Notes: generated by a model not told the origin, from the letters alone. A stretch of 64,000 nucleotides of DNA from an uncultured Candidatus Micrarchaeota archaeon (GCA_963714085.1 OY970229.1:608001-672000), one strand, 5' to 3'. Positions 8,414 through 18,385 are shown, counted from the stretch's first letter. Numbers and translations: made by a program.

Positions 8414-8583
8414 TGCCGGAGGGGGAATTCCCGTTCCGCGTTCCAGGATGATCCCGGGCGCGGGATTTCGAATCCCCGGCCTCTCGATTTCTCGGTGCTA
8501 CAGGTATGTCATCGGATTTCTCCTCAGCACTCATCGGTTTTACCTATGAGTCGAGCACTCTAAGCCAACTGAGCTACTCCGGC
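8414..8583 (-). tRNA. elongator tRNA-Met(CAT) with two introns: 56 nt at 37/38 (8489-8544) and 39 nt at 59/60 (8428-8466)
   Basis: GCCGGAG acceptor; 75-nt mature cloverleaf after removing both introns; BHB-like structure at both junction pairs. Confidence 0.88.
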
Positions 8584-8658
8584 AAAAAAAGCGAAGTTAT
8601 TGTCTTTTATTAGGTATTGTTTAAAATCGTTCCAGAACTGATTCTGGCGGGTTTTTGA

Positions 8659-11600
8659 GTGGATGAAAGATACTTCGACGGACTGAAGGCCGGGCTCGAC
8701 CGCGCCTATACGACCGCCAGCGAAGCCCGGAAGAAGGGATTCGACCCCGAGGACGAGGTCGAGGTGCGCATCGCCCAGGACGTGGCCGCCCGCGTGGAGG
8801 GCATCGTGGGCCCGCCGGGCATAGCGAAGATAATCCGCCAGCTCATCGAATCCGGCCTGACGAGGGAGGACGCCGCCTTCGAGATAACCAGGAAGATAGC
8901 GGCCGGCGAGGTCTTTCCGGCGCCCAAGGAGCGGCTCATAGAGCAGGCGGTCAGAACAGGAGTCGGCATACTCACCGAAGGCGTGCTGGTCGCGCCTACG
9001 GAAGGCATAGCGAAGGTCAGGATAAGGAAGAACCCCGACGGCTCGGATTACGTCGCGGTCTACTACTCGGGGCCTATACGGTCTGCAGGAGGCACCGCAG
9101 CCGCATTGAGCCTCGTGCTCGCGGACATAGCGCGCAAGGTGTGCGACGTCGGGGACTACCGCGCCACGGACACCCAGGTGGAGAGGTACGTGGAGGAGGT
9201 CAACACCTACGAGGCCAGGGTGAACCATCTGCAGTACAAGCCTCCGGATGAAGACGTGCGGCAGGTGGCGAGGAACTGCCCCATCTGCATAGACGGAGAC
9301 CCGACCGAGGACATCGAGGTGTCGGCCTACAGGGGCGTGCCAGGGGTGGAGACCAACAGGATACGCGGCGGGATGCCCCTGGTGCTCTGCGAGGGTGTCG
9401 CGCAGAAGGCCGCCAAGCTAGCCAAATACACGAAAAAGCTCAACCTGGGCTGGGACTGGCTGGAGAAGATAATCAAGATAAAGCGCAAGGCTGACAAGAT
9501 AGAGATAAAGCCTGATGACACCTACCTGGAGGGGCTCGTCGCAGGCAGGCCGGTGTTCGCCCATCCCTCGGCCAAAGGCGGATTCAGGCTGCGCTACGGG
9601 AGATCCAAGACCAACGGCATAATGGGCAAGAACATCCACCCCGCCACGATGGTGCTGCTGGATGGGTTTCCTGCCTACGGCACCCATCTGAAGATAGAAC
9701 GGCCGGGCAAGGGCTGCGTGATAGCAGGCCACGAAGGGCTCGAGCCACCGGTGGTCATGCTCGAGAACGGCAACGTGCTCAAGGTGCGGAGCATAGAAGA
9801 GGCGAACGAGCTCAAGGGGTATGTGAAAAGTATACTGTTCCTAGGCGACATGCTCATCACCTACGGGGATTTCCTGAAATCGAATCATCCCCTGCTCCCG
9901 TCCGGCTGGTGCGAGGAATGGTGGGCCAAGGAGCTGGAAGCCAAGGGGATCGCGGTCCCTGGGAAGATAGGTGCGGTGGAGGCGTTCAGCTTCAGCAGGA
10001 CCCACGGAGTGCCCCTATATCCGGAGTTCACGTTCCATTGGCATGACATAACCGTGGAGCAGCTGAAGGTGCTGGCGCGATGGCTGAAATCCGCCGAACC
10101 GCGCTGGGACGGGGAGCGTCTCGCGGAGCTGCTGGTCCCAAAGGGAGACGGCAAGACGGTGCTCGAGGAGCTGCTGGTGCCCCACCGCGTGCTCGGAGAG
10201 AAGATCGCGCTTACCGGGGATGACGGCTATTCGCTGCTCGCCTCGCTCGGGGCTTTAGACGGTACGCACATGGACCTTGCGAAAGCGGAGACCTCATTGG
10301 ACCCTGCGAAGGACGTTCTTGCCAACGTGTGCGCGCTCTCAGGAGTGGAGATAAAGGCCAAGGCGCCCACTTACATCGGTGCCAGGATGGGAAGGCCGGA
10401 GAAGGCCGCCGAGAGATCCATGGACGGCAAGCCGAACGTGCTTTTCCCGACCGGATCCCAGAAGAACCGCTCCATAGTCAAGCAGTACCGCACGCTCAAG
10501 TCCGTGGAGGGCAGGGAGAGGACCGTCAACCTCGAGCTCGCGCGCTACAGATGCGCCAAATGCTCCAACATCACGTTCCAGAGGGTATGCGAGCGGTGCG
10601 GTGGAAGGACGACGCTAGATACCGTGTGCCAGGTCTGCGGCAGATCCGTGAGCACAGAGGAGCACTGCGACAGGAAGACGCGCTCCTACGACCGCAGGCC
10701 GGTCGACCTGGTCGCCATGGTGGACTCCATAAAGACTGTGCTCGGTCCAGCTCCCGAGGATGTGCGGGGGGTGAAGGGACTGTCCAACGCCACGCGCATG
10801 CCCGAAAGGCTGGAGAAGGGCTTCGTCAGGGCGAAGCACAACGTCTATGTCTTCAGGGACGGGACCGCGAGGTTCGACGCCACGGACATACCGCTCACGG
10901 CCTTCACTCCGAAAGAGATAGGGCTGGCGCTGGAGAAGCTCGATGGGCTGGGCTACACCAGGGACATCTACGGCAATCCGATCACCAGCCCGGACCAGAT
11001 GGTGTACCTCCATTGCCAGGACATAATATTGTCGAAGAGGGGAGTCGAGTATTTCATGGGAGTGGCCGCGTTCCTGGACGAACTGCTGGTCAACTTCTAC
11101 GGGATGAAGCCGTTCTACGGGCTGAAGACCAGGGACGACCTGGTGGGGCACCTCGGGGTCGGGCTCTCCCCGCACACCTCGGCTGGCGTGCTCTGCAGGA
11201 TAATCGGGTTCACGAACGCGAACGTGGGCTACGGACACCCGTATTTCCATACCGCAAAAAGGCGTAACTGCGACGGGGACGAGGATTCAATCATGCTCCT
11301 CCTGGACGCCCTGCTCAACTTCTCGCGCAAGTACCTGAACGAGTCGCGGGGCGGGACTATGGACGCGCCGCTAGTGCTCACGCCGAAGATAGACCCCAGC
11401 GAAGTGGACGACGAGGCGCACACCATCGAGTTCGTGACCTCCTATCCGTTGGAGTTCTACCATGCCGGAGAGAAGCTCACCTCGCCGGCGGATTTCAAGA
11501 TGAAGACCGTGAAGAACGTGCTTGGGACCCCGGAGCAGTACGAGGGCCTCCCCATAACCCATCCAGGGGGCAGCCTGGACGTGGGGCCGACAACCACCAA

Positions 11601-12015
11601 GTACGTGCAGCTCGAGTCCATACCTGACAAGATAACCACCCAGTTCAATCTCCAGGCCAGGATAAAGGCCGTGGACGCGAAGAACGCGGCCGAGCGGCTG
11701 ATACTGAGCCACTTCATCCCGGACCTCTACGGCAACCTCCGTTCCTTCTCCAGGCAGACCTTCAGGTGCTCGAACTGCAATTTCATACACAGGAGGCCCC
11801 CGCTAATAGGAAAGTGCCTAAAATGCGGGGGGAACCTATTGCTCACCATAAACAAGGGCGGCATAGAGAAATACCTGGAGATAACCAGGAAGATAGTCAT
11901 GGACTATGAGCTGCCGGATTACATGAAGCAGAGGCTGGAGCTCCTGGAGAAGGAGATAAACTCCATATTCGAGGACGACAAGGTGAAACAAACAGGATTG
12001 GGGGAGTTCCTCTAG
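8659..12015 (+). CDS. polC: DNA polymerase D large subunit DP2
   Basis: GPIRSAGGT, KRRNCDGDED, GGTMDAPL, Zn-finger Cys clusters and C-terminal PIP box QTGLGEF. Confidence 0.98.
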   Translation: MDERYFDGLKAGLDRAYTTASEARKKGFDPEDEVEVRIAQDVAARVEGIVGPPGIAKIIRQLIESGLTREDAAFEITRKIAAGEVFPAPKERLIEQAVRTGVGILTEGVLVAPTEGIAKVRIRKNPDGSDYVAVYYSGPIRSAGGTAAALSLVLADIARKVCDVGDYRATDTQVERYVEEVNTYEARVNHLQYKPPDEDVRQVARNCPICIDGDPTEDIEVSAYRGVPGVETNRIRGGMPLVLCEGVAQKAAKLAKYTKKLNLGWDWLEKIIKIKRKADKIEIKPDDTYLEGLVAGRPVFAHPSAKGGFRLRYGRSKTNGIMGKNIHPATMVLLDGFPAYGTHLKIERPGKGCVIAGHEGLEPPVVMLENGNVLKVRSIEEANELKGYVKSILFLGDMLITYGDFLKSNHPLLPSGWCEEWWAKELEAKGIAVPGKIGAVEAFSFSRTHGVPLYPEFTFHWHDITVEQLKVLARWLKSAEPRWDGERLAELLVPKGDGKTVLEELLVPHRVLGEKIALTGDDGYSLLASLGALDGTHMDLAKAETSLDPAKDVLANVCALSGVEIKAKAPTYIGARMGRPEKAAERSMDGKPNVLFPTGSQKNRSIVKQYRTLKSVEGRERTVNLELARYRCAKCSNITFQRVCERCGGRTTLDTVCQVCGRSVSTEEHCDRKTRSYDRRPVDLVAMVDSIKTVLGPAPEDVRGVKGLSNATRMPERLEKGFVRAKHNVYVFRDGTARFDATDIPLTAFTPKEIGLALEKLDGLGYTRDIYGNPITSPDQMVYLHCQDIILSKRGVEYFMGVAAFLDELLVNFYGMKPFYGLKTRDDLVGHLGVGLSPHTSAGVLCRIIGFTNANVGYGHPYFHTAKRRNCDGDEDSIMLLLDALLNFSRKYLNESRGGTMDAPLVLTPKIDPSEVDDEAHTIEFVTSYPLEFYHAGEKLTSPADFKMKTVKNVLGTPEQYEGLPITHPGGSLDVGPTTTKYVQLESIPDKITTQFNLQARIKAVDAKNAAERLILSHFIPDLYGNLRSFSRQTFRCSNCNFIHRRPPLIGKCLKCGGNLLLTINKGGIEKYLEITRKIVMDYELPDYMKQRLELLEKEINSIFEDDKVKQTGLGEFL

Positions 12016-12029
12016 CCTCTTTCCGTCCA

Positions 12030-12866
12030 TCAGCGTGCGAGCCTTCTGAGCCATGCTGGGGCTTCCGCTCCATTCCCGGCTCCGGGTGCTTTGCCGCTCG
12101 TGTGTTTTTGCCTAAGCTCGCCCAGGTCCGCTTCCCGTGCCGTGGCGACCGGATTTTCCCTGCCTTTTGTGTTCAACAGCTTGAACACCGAGGCGTATTT
12201 GGCGTCATCCGGGGAAACCGGGATTGCATGAAGGGACCCAAGCGTGTCACAACACTTGGTGCATGCATGGCCCGCCGCTACTTCGCTGAGGGATTCGAAA
12301 GAGTACAGAGTTCCTTTTTCCCACATGAATAATTCTTTGCCCATCGGACCGTAACCTTGCACTTCGTGATGTTGTCCGTCCACAATCGAAGCATTGTGAT
12401 GTATCTCGAATCCGTTATAGAAAGGAAAACACGCACGGGTCAGTTCGCCCCCCGCGACTTCGAGAAGGATTTCGATGGGGTCGGTTATATCACGACGAAT
12501 CATTGTCATAATGCCGTATTGTCCGGCCCATTCTTTTTGCAGTATCTCCAGCATGGTCGGATGAAGTTCAACGCCGGCACCCAGCGCCCTTTCCAGATAG
12601 AACCGTATTTCCGTCATTGTCTGGCAGCAAAACGTAACGAAGTAATCGCTCCAGCGGCCGCTAAGGGGCTCTGGAGCTAGAAACCAGCTGTCCCTCAGTC
12701 CTTGGCGCATCGGTTCCCTTTGGCCTACGACAAAGTTCCAGAGCGCTTTCCTGTCGAATTGCACGGCTTTCTTGAACTCTTCATGGGCGTCATAGCTCTG
12801 GTCATGCTCTTCGACACTTGTCTTTAGCGCCTGGAGCATTTCATCTGGTATAGCGGTATGAGTCAT
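12030..12866 (-). CDS. hypothetical protein (cargo of Lrp cassette 1)
   Basis: 278-aa ORF; GGTGA SD; Cys/His clusters (FCCQ, HH, CTKCC). Confidence 0.7.
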   Translation of the reverse strand: MTHTAIPDEMLQALKTSVEEHDQSYDAHEEFKKAVQFDRKALWNFVVGQREPMRQGLRDSWFLAPEPLSGRWSDYFVTFCCQTMTEIRFYLERALGAGVELHPTMLEILQKEWAGQYGIMTMIRRDITDPIEILLEVAGGELTRACFPFYNGFEIHHNASIVDGQHHEVQGYGPMGKELFMWEKGTLYSFESLSEVAAGHACTKCCDTLGSLHAIPVSPDDAKYASVFKLLNTKGRENPVATAREADLGELRQKHTSGKAPGAGNGAEAPAWLRRLAR

Positions 12867-12890
12867 GTTTTGGTCACCATCCTTGTTTTT

Positions 12891-13826
12891 TCATTTTATC
12901 GTGCTGTCCACCACCACGCTCGCGCCATTAAGGTAGATGTTCCGGATCGTCATTTTGCCTCCAAAGTGGTGCTTGTACGACGCCGCAGCTTTGTCCGCGC
13001 ACGGATACTCCTGGCTGACGAACGCGTTTGTCATCGTCTCAAAGCCCAAATTCTCGAATTGCCGGAAAAGCGTGGCTGCAAGGAACGAGCAGTAAGGCGC
13101 GCCGTTCGGGTTGGTGATCGTTACTGCGATTGGCGAAAGCTGCGGCTGTTCGCTGAACGTGTCGACAATGGTTGCCGGTATGATTGCCCTTTTCCGTCCC
13201 GAGGGCTCGCGTTCTATGCCTTCGGCGTACCTTATCTTGCCGCGGCTAAGAACATTTCCCGCCAGGTTCTGGACAAAGCTTTCAAACGCAACAACCAGCT
13301 TTTCAGTTCCTTCAGCTATCCGTTTCCTGATGCCGGCCATTTCCCTGGCAGTCTCTTTTCCGGACGCGTCAAAATCCCTGTTGAAGAAATAAACCGGTTC
13401 CTGGGTTATGCCTGCCGCAGCCAGAATTTCGCGAATTTCGGCTGGCACTTCGTATCCCTTTTTGAAAGCCCGCTCTTCCTCGGAGCTTTCGAAGGTTTCG
13501 GGCACTATGTCGTTCGACATCAGCAGGATTGTCGGAGGCTCAACTTTTGCTTCAACGCATCTTTTGTAAGCCCGCGCGCAAAGCTCTATTGTCAGGAGCA
13601 TCTCTTCCCCAAGCAGGCGCGGGTCCCCGGGCTCTGTATTCGGCCCTTCGCGCACCACGTAGTTGCCGGTCAGCATCAGAGTCCGCTGTCTGGGGCAGGT
13701 CCGCACCATGAGCACCATGTCGTCCAGCAGGGCTTCCTCACCATAGAAGCCTTTGGGCGTTATCCTTGCAGCCTTGACTTTCGCCACCAGCATTTGTTTA
13801 TCCCGGCTTAGTTTGGTTACACACAT
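12891..13826 (-). CDS. hypothetical alpha/beta protein (cargo of Lrp cassette 1)
   Basis: 311-aa ORF divergent from the Lrp gene. Confidence 0.7.
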   Translation of the reverse strand: MCVTKLSRDKQMLVAKVKAARITPKGFYGEEALLDDMVLMVRTCPRQRTLMLTGNYVVREGPNTEPGDPRLLGEEMLLTIELCARAYKRCVEAKVEPPTILLMSNDIVPETFESSEEERAFKKGYEVPAEIREILAAAGITQEPVYFFNRDFDASGKETAREMAGIRKRIAEGTEKLVVAFESFVQNLAGNVLSRGKIRYAEGIEREPSGRKRAIIPATIVDTFSEQPQLSPIAVTITNPNGAPYCSFLAATLFRQFENLGFETMTNAFVSQEYPCADKAAASYKHHFGGKMTIRNIYLNGASVVVDSTIK

Positions 13827-13922
13827 ACTTGATAATTAACACAAAATAGTATATTAAATATAACATATATTTTTCAGCGGAAAATGGATTTATTTATCAA
13901 TATTTCCATATAATAGATAATT
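13827..13922. promoter_or_regulatory. AT-rich divergent promoter region, cassette 1 (96 bp)
   Basis: Strongly AT-rich spacer with TATA-like tracts between divergent starts. Confidence 0.7.
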
Positions 13923-14891
13923 ATGAAAGAAAAGCTCGACAAAATAGACATGCGCCTGTTATACGAACTGGACTGGAACGCGCGCCAGCCTGAGACCGCG
14001 CTCGCCAAGAAGGTCGGGCGCTCGCGGGAGACCGTCAGCTATCGCATCTCCCAGCTCGAGAAACGGGGCATCATCTCCGGCTATGCGACATGGATCAATG
14101 TCTCGAAGCTCGGTTACCAGGGGTATAAGGTATATCTCAAGATAGGCGGCGACGAGAAGGAAAGGAAGGGGTTCTTCGACGAGCTCAGGAAGCACACAGA
14201 CCTGTTCTGGATGGGCATCGCGGACGGCGCATGGGACGTGGGGCTGACGTTCTTCGCCAAGGACAACGGGGAGTTCTTCCGAAGGAAGAACGAGATATTC
14301 TCCAAATACAATCGTATAATCCTCCAGAAATTCACCGGCGTCGCGGTGGCCGCATACGCCTACCCTAAAAAGGTCTTCTATCCGGAACCGAAGGACCACT
14401 ATCACGTGTTCGGCAGGATAGAGGGGAATGAGCTGGACGCTATAGACCGGAGGATAGTGTCGGCGCTTTTCCATGACTCCAGGATGAAGCTGGTCAGGCT
14501 GGCGACCGAGGCAGGGACCACTGTAGACATAGCGAGAAGCAGGATGAGGAAGCTCGAGGACAAAGGTATCATAGTCAGCTACAAGGCCACGATAGACTAC
14601 CAGAAACTCGGCCTGGAGTTCTACAAGGCGTTCCTCTATTTCGATTCCTTCCCGGAAGAGGACGAGAAGAAGCTCTTCGAGATGACCAAGCAGGATCCCA
14701 ACATCCTGAACGTGGTGACCCTCGTCGGTCCCTGGGACATCGAGCTGGAGATAATGGTGGAGGATTACCAGCGGTTCAACGCGATAATGCGGCGCCTCAA
14801 GGCCGAATTCCCTTCCTTGCGCAACATCGAGACCGCGACCATGTGGGGCGATTATGTCTTCCCGGCCAAGGGGACGATAATGAAGCTGTGA
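13923..14891 (+). CDS. tandem-duplicated Lrp/AsnC family regulator (HTH-RAM-HTH-RAM)
   Basis: LD.ID..LL.EL..NAR HTH twice; G.WD motif twice. Confidence 0.9.
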   Translation: MKEKLDKIDMRLLYELDWNARQPETALAKKVGRSRETVSYRISQLEKRGIISGYATWINVSKLGYQGYKVYLKIGGDEKERKGFFDELRKHTDLFWMGIADGAWDVGLTFFAKDNGEFFRRKNEIFSKYNRIILQKFTGVAVAAYAYPKKVFYPEPKDHYHVFGRIEGNELDAIDRRIVSALFHDSRMKLVRLATEAGTTVDIARSRMRKLEDKGIIVSYKATIDYQKLGLEFYKAFLYFDSFPEEDEKKLFEMTKQDPNILNVVTLVGPWDIELEIMVEDYQRFNAIMRRLKAEFPSLRNIETATMWGDYVFPAKGTIMKL

Positions 14892-14920
14892 GCAGGGCGG
14901 GGAAAACGGAAAAGGGAGAA

Positions 14921-16003
14921 TCATCCGAGAACCGGCAGGTGCCGCTTGCCATCTTGCTGTTTCCAGAAGATTTCCCTAGGTTCGCATCCGCCGTTGAAAC
15001 GCTTCCTGACAGGAGCCGCTTTTTCCCATAGATCCTTCAACGTCTCCTGTCTTATATTCCCCAGAAGCTCGGTCTTTCCGATGCAGTCCCATACATTGCC
15101 CTGGATTTCCACGTGGAGCCCCAGACCACGGATAGAACACGGGACTCCGCCGGCATAAGGGAAAATTGACCGGTGTTCTATCCCATACACACTCTTATCG
15201 ATTTGGGCCAAGGTGCGGAACAGGTAGAACTGCTCCTCTCTGGAAAGCGCATTCTGGACAGGTGAAGAGCTGCGGCCTGCGGGCACATAATTGACGAACA
15301 GCATGAAGATGTTGTTGTCTCTCGCGAAGCGGTGCAGGTCCGTGATCTCATCGTAATTCTCCTTACAAACGATCGTGTCTAAGGCCAATCTGGTCGGGTC
15401 ATGCCTGTTGAAACCAATGTCGAGCAGGAGTTGCAATGCCTCGTTCCTCTTTCTGAAATAATTGAAATTCAATGGCTGTGGTCCGCTATTTACGACCCTG
15501 TTCTGGTATTCTTCATCCCTCAAGCTGTTGGCTTTCAGCACAATCGTCGAGCCGAGCTCGTAGAGGCGCATGGCGAATGTCGTGTCCGTAAGTTTCTTTG
15601 ACCCTTCAGTATAGACGATAGGGGTCATCCCCATCCCGGATATGAGTTCGACAATCTCCCAGAAATGCGGGTCTATCGTCGGCTCGCCCGCTCCGACCAT
15701 GTTTATGGATCGGGTGCCAAGAGCATGGGCCTGCTTTATCAATTCTATTCTCACGGAGATGGGGAGCTCGTTCGCGAGACGTTTTTTGCGCCCTTCCGGA
15801 TTATTCGGATCCTCACTCAAACAGTTAATGCAGTTCAGAGGGCATATATTGCTTCCTAATTCTAAAGTAGGATTGAGCATCTTATTATTCTGCAAGGCTT
15901 CGGCTATCTCAGCTACAGTGAAGTCCCACCCCTTCATCGTGTACCCCTTGCCGGTGCGGATTATGTCAAATTCTTTCGGGATATCTGGTGTGTCTTGATT
16001 CAT
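14921..16003 (-). CDS. radical SAM enzyme with SPASM/twitch-like C-terminal domain
   Basis: CPLNCINC, GAGEP, C..G..V...G.V..C and LGNIR motifs. Confidence 0.88.
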   Translation of the reverse strand: MNQDTPDIPKEFDIIRTGKGYTMKGWDFTVAEIAEALQNNKMLNPTLELGSNICPLNCINCLSEDPNNPEGRKKRLANELPISVRIELIKQAHALGTRSINMVGAGEPTIDPHFWEIVELISGMGMTPIVYTEGSKKLTDTTFAMRLYELGSTIVLKANSLRDEEYQNRVVNSGPQPLNFNYFRKRNEALQLLLDIGFNRHDPTRLALDTIVCKENYDEITDLHRFARDNNIFMLFVNYVPAGRSSSPVQNALSREEQFYLFRTLAQIDKSVYGIEHRSIFPYAGGVPCSIRGLGLHVEIQGNVWDCIGKTELLGNIRQETLKDLWEKAAPVRKRFNGGCEPREIFWKQQDGKRHLPVLG

Positions 16004-16098
16004 GTGTTAATGTGTGCAAAAGACGTATAAAAGAAGACATGGGCTATTTTTCCACTAAAAAGACAGAATTTAATAATATAATGTAATTAATGTAAATT
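16004..16098. promoter_or_regulatory. AT-rich divergent promoter region, cassette 2 (95 bp)
   Basis: TTTTATA about 25 nt upstream of the rSAM ATG on the minus strand. Confidence 0.7.
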
Positions 16099-17085
16099 AT
16101 GGAAGAAATAATAGACATTATAGATAAGAAGATCCTTGCCGAGTTGGATAGGGATTCGAGGCAGCCGAACAGCGCCATAGCGAAGAAGCTGCGCGTCTCC
16201 AGGGAAAGGGTGGACTACAGGATAAAGCAGCTCGTCAAGAGCGGCATAATCAACAAGTTCCCGACAGTGATCAATCCCACGAAATTCGGGTATTCGATGT
16301 TCAAGCTGTATTTCCAGTTCCAGAACCTTACGGCAGGAAAGGAAAAAGAAATAATTCACTGGCTGGTTGAGAACCCTTACGTCCAATGGGTGACCGCATG
16401 CAAGGGGAGATGGGACATGAATGTCATCGTCTTCGCGCATGATTCGGAGCATTTCAGCGGCATAATGCAGGAGTTCTACAATTTGTACGGAGAATGGATA
16501 TTATCCCAGAATTTCAATGTCAGCCTGGCCGTAGGCAACATGGAAAAAGGCTGGATCCTCAAGGGGAAGGAACATCGCAGCGAAGTGGTCTACACGGCGA
16601 ACGGAAGAGAGGACCTTAATTTAGACAAGACGGACATAGAGCTGATGAAGATAATCGCGAACAATGCCCGGATGTCCACCGTGGAGATTGCGAAGGAGAT
16701 GAAGACCACCCCGAGGATAGTGACGTATAGGATAAAACAGCTCGAGAAGAAGTCGGTGATAGAGGGTTATACCGTTTCGCTGAATTATGGCCTGCTGAAA
16801 AAGCAGTTCTACAAGGTCAATTTCTACATGAGCATGATGAACGACGCGCTCCGCTCACGGCTCGTGGAATACTGCAGGGGCAGGAATGACATGCCGTATT
16901 TCGTTTTCTGCGTGGGCGAATGGCCCTTCGAAGTGGAGTATGTCGTGGATGACATAGAAGAGTTCTACGAAGCGGTCGAAGACATCAAGAGACAGTTCTC
17001 GGAGATAAAGAGATACGAGAGCATCCTGCTGGCGAAAGAATACAAATTCGATTACATCCCGCTCTGTTACAAGCCGAAATCATAG
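16099..17085 (+). CDS. tandem-duplicated Lrp/AsnC family regulator
   Basis: Two HTH-RAM units; paralogue of 13923..14891. Confidence 0.9.
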   Translation: MEEIIDIIDKKILAELDRDSRQPNSAIAKKLRVSRERVDYRIKQLVKSGIINKFPTVINPTKFGYSMFKLYFQFQNLTAGKEKEIIHWLVENPYVQWVTACKGRWDMNVIVFAHDSEHFSGIMQEFYNLYGEWILSQNFNVSLAVGNMEKGWILKGKEHRSEVVYTANGREDLNLDKTDIELMKIIANNARMSTVEIAKEMKTTPRIVTYRIKQLEKKSVIEGYTVSLNYGLLKKQFYKVNFYMSMMNDALRSRLVEYCRGRNDMPYFVFCVGEWPFEVEYVVDDIEEFYEAVEDIKRQFSEIKRYESILLAKEYKFDYIPLCYKPKS

Positions 17086-17093
17086 CATGCTTA

Positions 17094-17648
17094 CTACTGC
17101 GCGTACCTGACCCTTTTCTTCACTTCTTCCACGCGCCTGAGCACTGCCGCGTGCTTCGGGTTCCGTGTCTTGTAGCCCTTGATGAACGCCTTGCCCGATT
17201 CCGCATCCAGCGCCTTGAGCATGGTGTAGACGTCGATTGCTTTGTCCTCCACGTCGTTCGAGAAGAAGCCGAGCCCGAAGTCTATCACGAACAGCTTTCC
17301 CTTGCTCTTCATGAGGTTGACCGGGGTGAAATCCCCGTGGATGATGCCCGCGCAATGGAGCGCTGCGAGCATCTGGCCGGCACGTGTGCACTCGGCTGCC
17401 TTCATCTCCGGGTGGCTGCCGTGCAGGTAGTCCATGGTTATCGAGAAATCAGTCACTTCCAGCACCACCGGGCAGTCAACTCCGGCGAGTTTCGCACGGT
17501 GGAGCAGCCGCGCCTCGGCGCGCGTGCGCTCCCGCCTCAATCTGGCGTCCAGCTCGGCTATGCGGTAGGTCTTGGCTATGCGCTCCTTGATGGCCACGTC
17601 CCGCCCTATCACGGTGCCCCTTGAGAGAACGGCCTCAGCGCCCCGCAT
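17094..17648 (-). CDS. bud32: KEOPS kinase/ATPase Bud32
   Basis: GAEA, KER..K.YR, HGDFT..N and IDFGL motifs; start at MRGAEA. Confidence 0.92.
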   Translation of the reverse strand: MRGAEAVLSRGTVIGRDVAIKERIAKTYRIAELDARLRRERTRAEARLLHRAKLAGVDCPVVLEVTDFSITMDYLHGSHPEMKAAECTRAGQMLAALHCAGIIHGDFTPVNLMKSKGKLFVIDFGLGFFSNDVEDKAIDVYTMLKALDAESGKAFIKGYKTRNPKHAAVLRRVEEVKKRVRYAQ

Positions 17649-17650
17649 GC

Positions 17651-18385
17651 TCAGCGCCTCCTGAAGAGCAGCATGGAGATGACCATCAGCAGCACGAGCA
17701 TGAATAGCCAGGACACCGCGAAGAACACGGTCACCAGGTGTATCGCGACGCCGAAGACGAACATGGCGAACACGAATCCGAACCAGACCGGCATGGACCA
17801 GGCGAACACCTTGCTGCCGTCCAGGGGGAACGCAGGGATCATGTTGAACATGCACAGTATGAAGTTGAGGTACGCTCCGAACCGCCACACCTCGAAGGCG
17901 CCGTTGTTGAACAGGGGCGCGAGGAAGCTAAGGTCGAAGGAGAAGTGGATGTGTATGGGCGCTACGATGGACAGGCCCAGGAACACCAGCATCACCAGGA
18001 GGTTCACGATAGGCCCGGCTAGCGATATTATGCCGTTCTGCTTCTTGGTTATGTTGCGCGAGTAGATGTACACCGCGCCAGGCGCGGCGAAGAGCACGCC
18101 GAGGAGCGACGTGATGAGCATGAAGACCAGGCCCTGGACCCACATCTGGAACCTGGCATACGCCCCGTAGTAAATGGCCACGAGCTTGTGGCCCATCTCG
18201 TGCAGGATGAACCCCGAGCCCATGGTGACGAGCGAGAGCACCATGAACACCAGGAACTGCTTCGGTAGGCTGAACAGGGTGCCCAGCCCCCCGGCGAACA
18301 CGATGGTGAAGGCGAAGGATATGGCGAGCACTGAGATGAGTATCTCCACAGCCTCGCCTTTCTCGATGTAGAAATCACGCTTCAT
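17651..18385 (-). CDS. site-2 (M50) intramembrane metalloprotease
   Basis: HEMGH and FNMIPAFPLDG motifs; GGTGA SD before ATG 18385. Confidence 0.92.
   Translation of the reverse strand: MKRDFYIEKGEAVEILISVLAISFAFTIVFAGGLGTLFSLPKQFLVFMVLSLVTMGSGFILHEMGHKLVAIYYGAYARFQMWVQGLVFMLITSLLGVLFAAPGAVYIYSRNITKKQNGIISLAGPIVNLLVMLVFLGLSIVAPIHIHFSFDLSFLAPLFNNGAFEVWRFGAYLNFILCMFNMIPAFPLDGSKVFAWSMPVWFGFVFAMFVFGVAIHLVTVFFAVSWLFMLVLLMVISMLLFRRR

Noticed and set aside
11255..11290. Intein at the usual DP2 site (KRRN|CDGDED)
   Set aside because: The motif is uninterrupted.
12016..14920. Terminal inverted repeats around Lrp cassette 1 (ACGGAAA-like)
   Set aside because: Short, purine-rich and imperfect, absent from cassette 3, with no transposase or target duplication.
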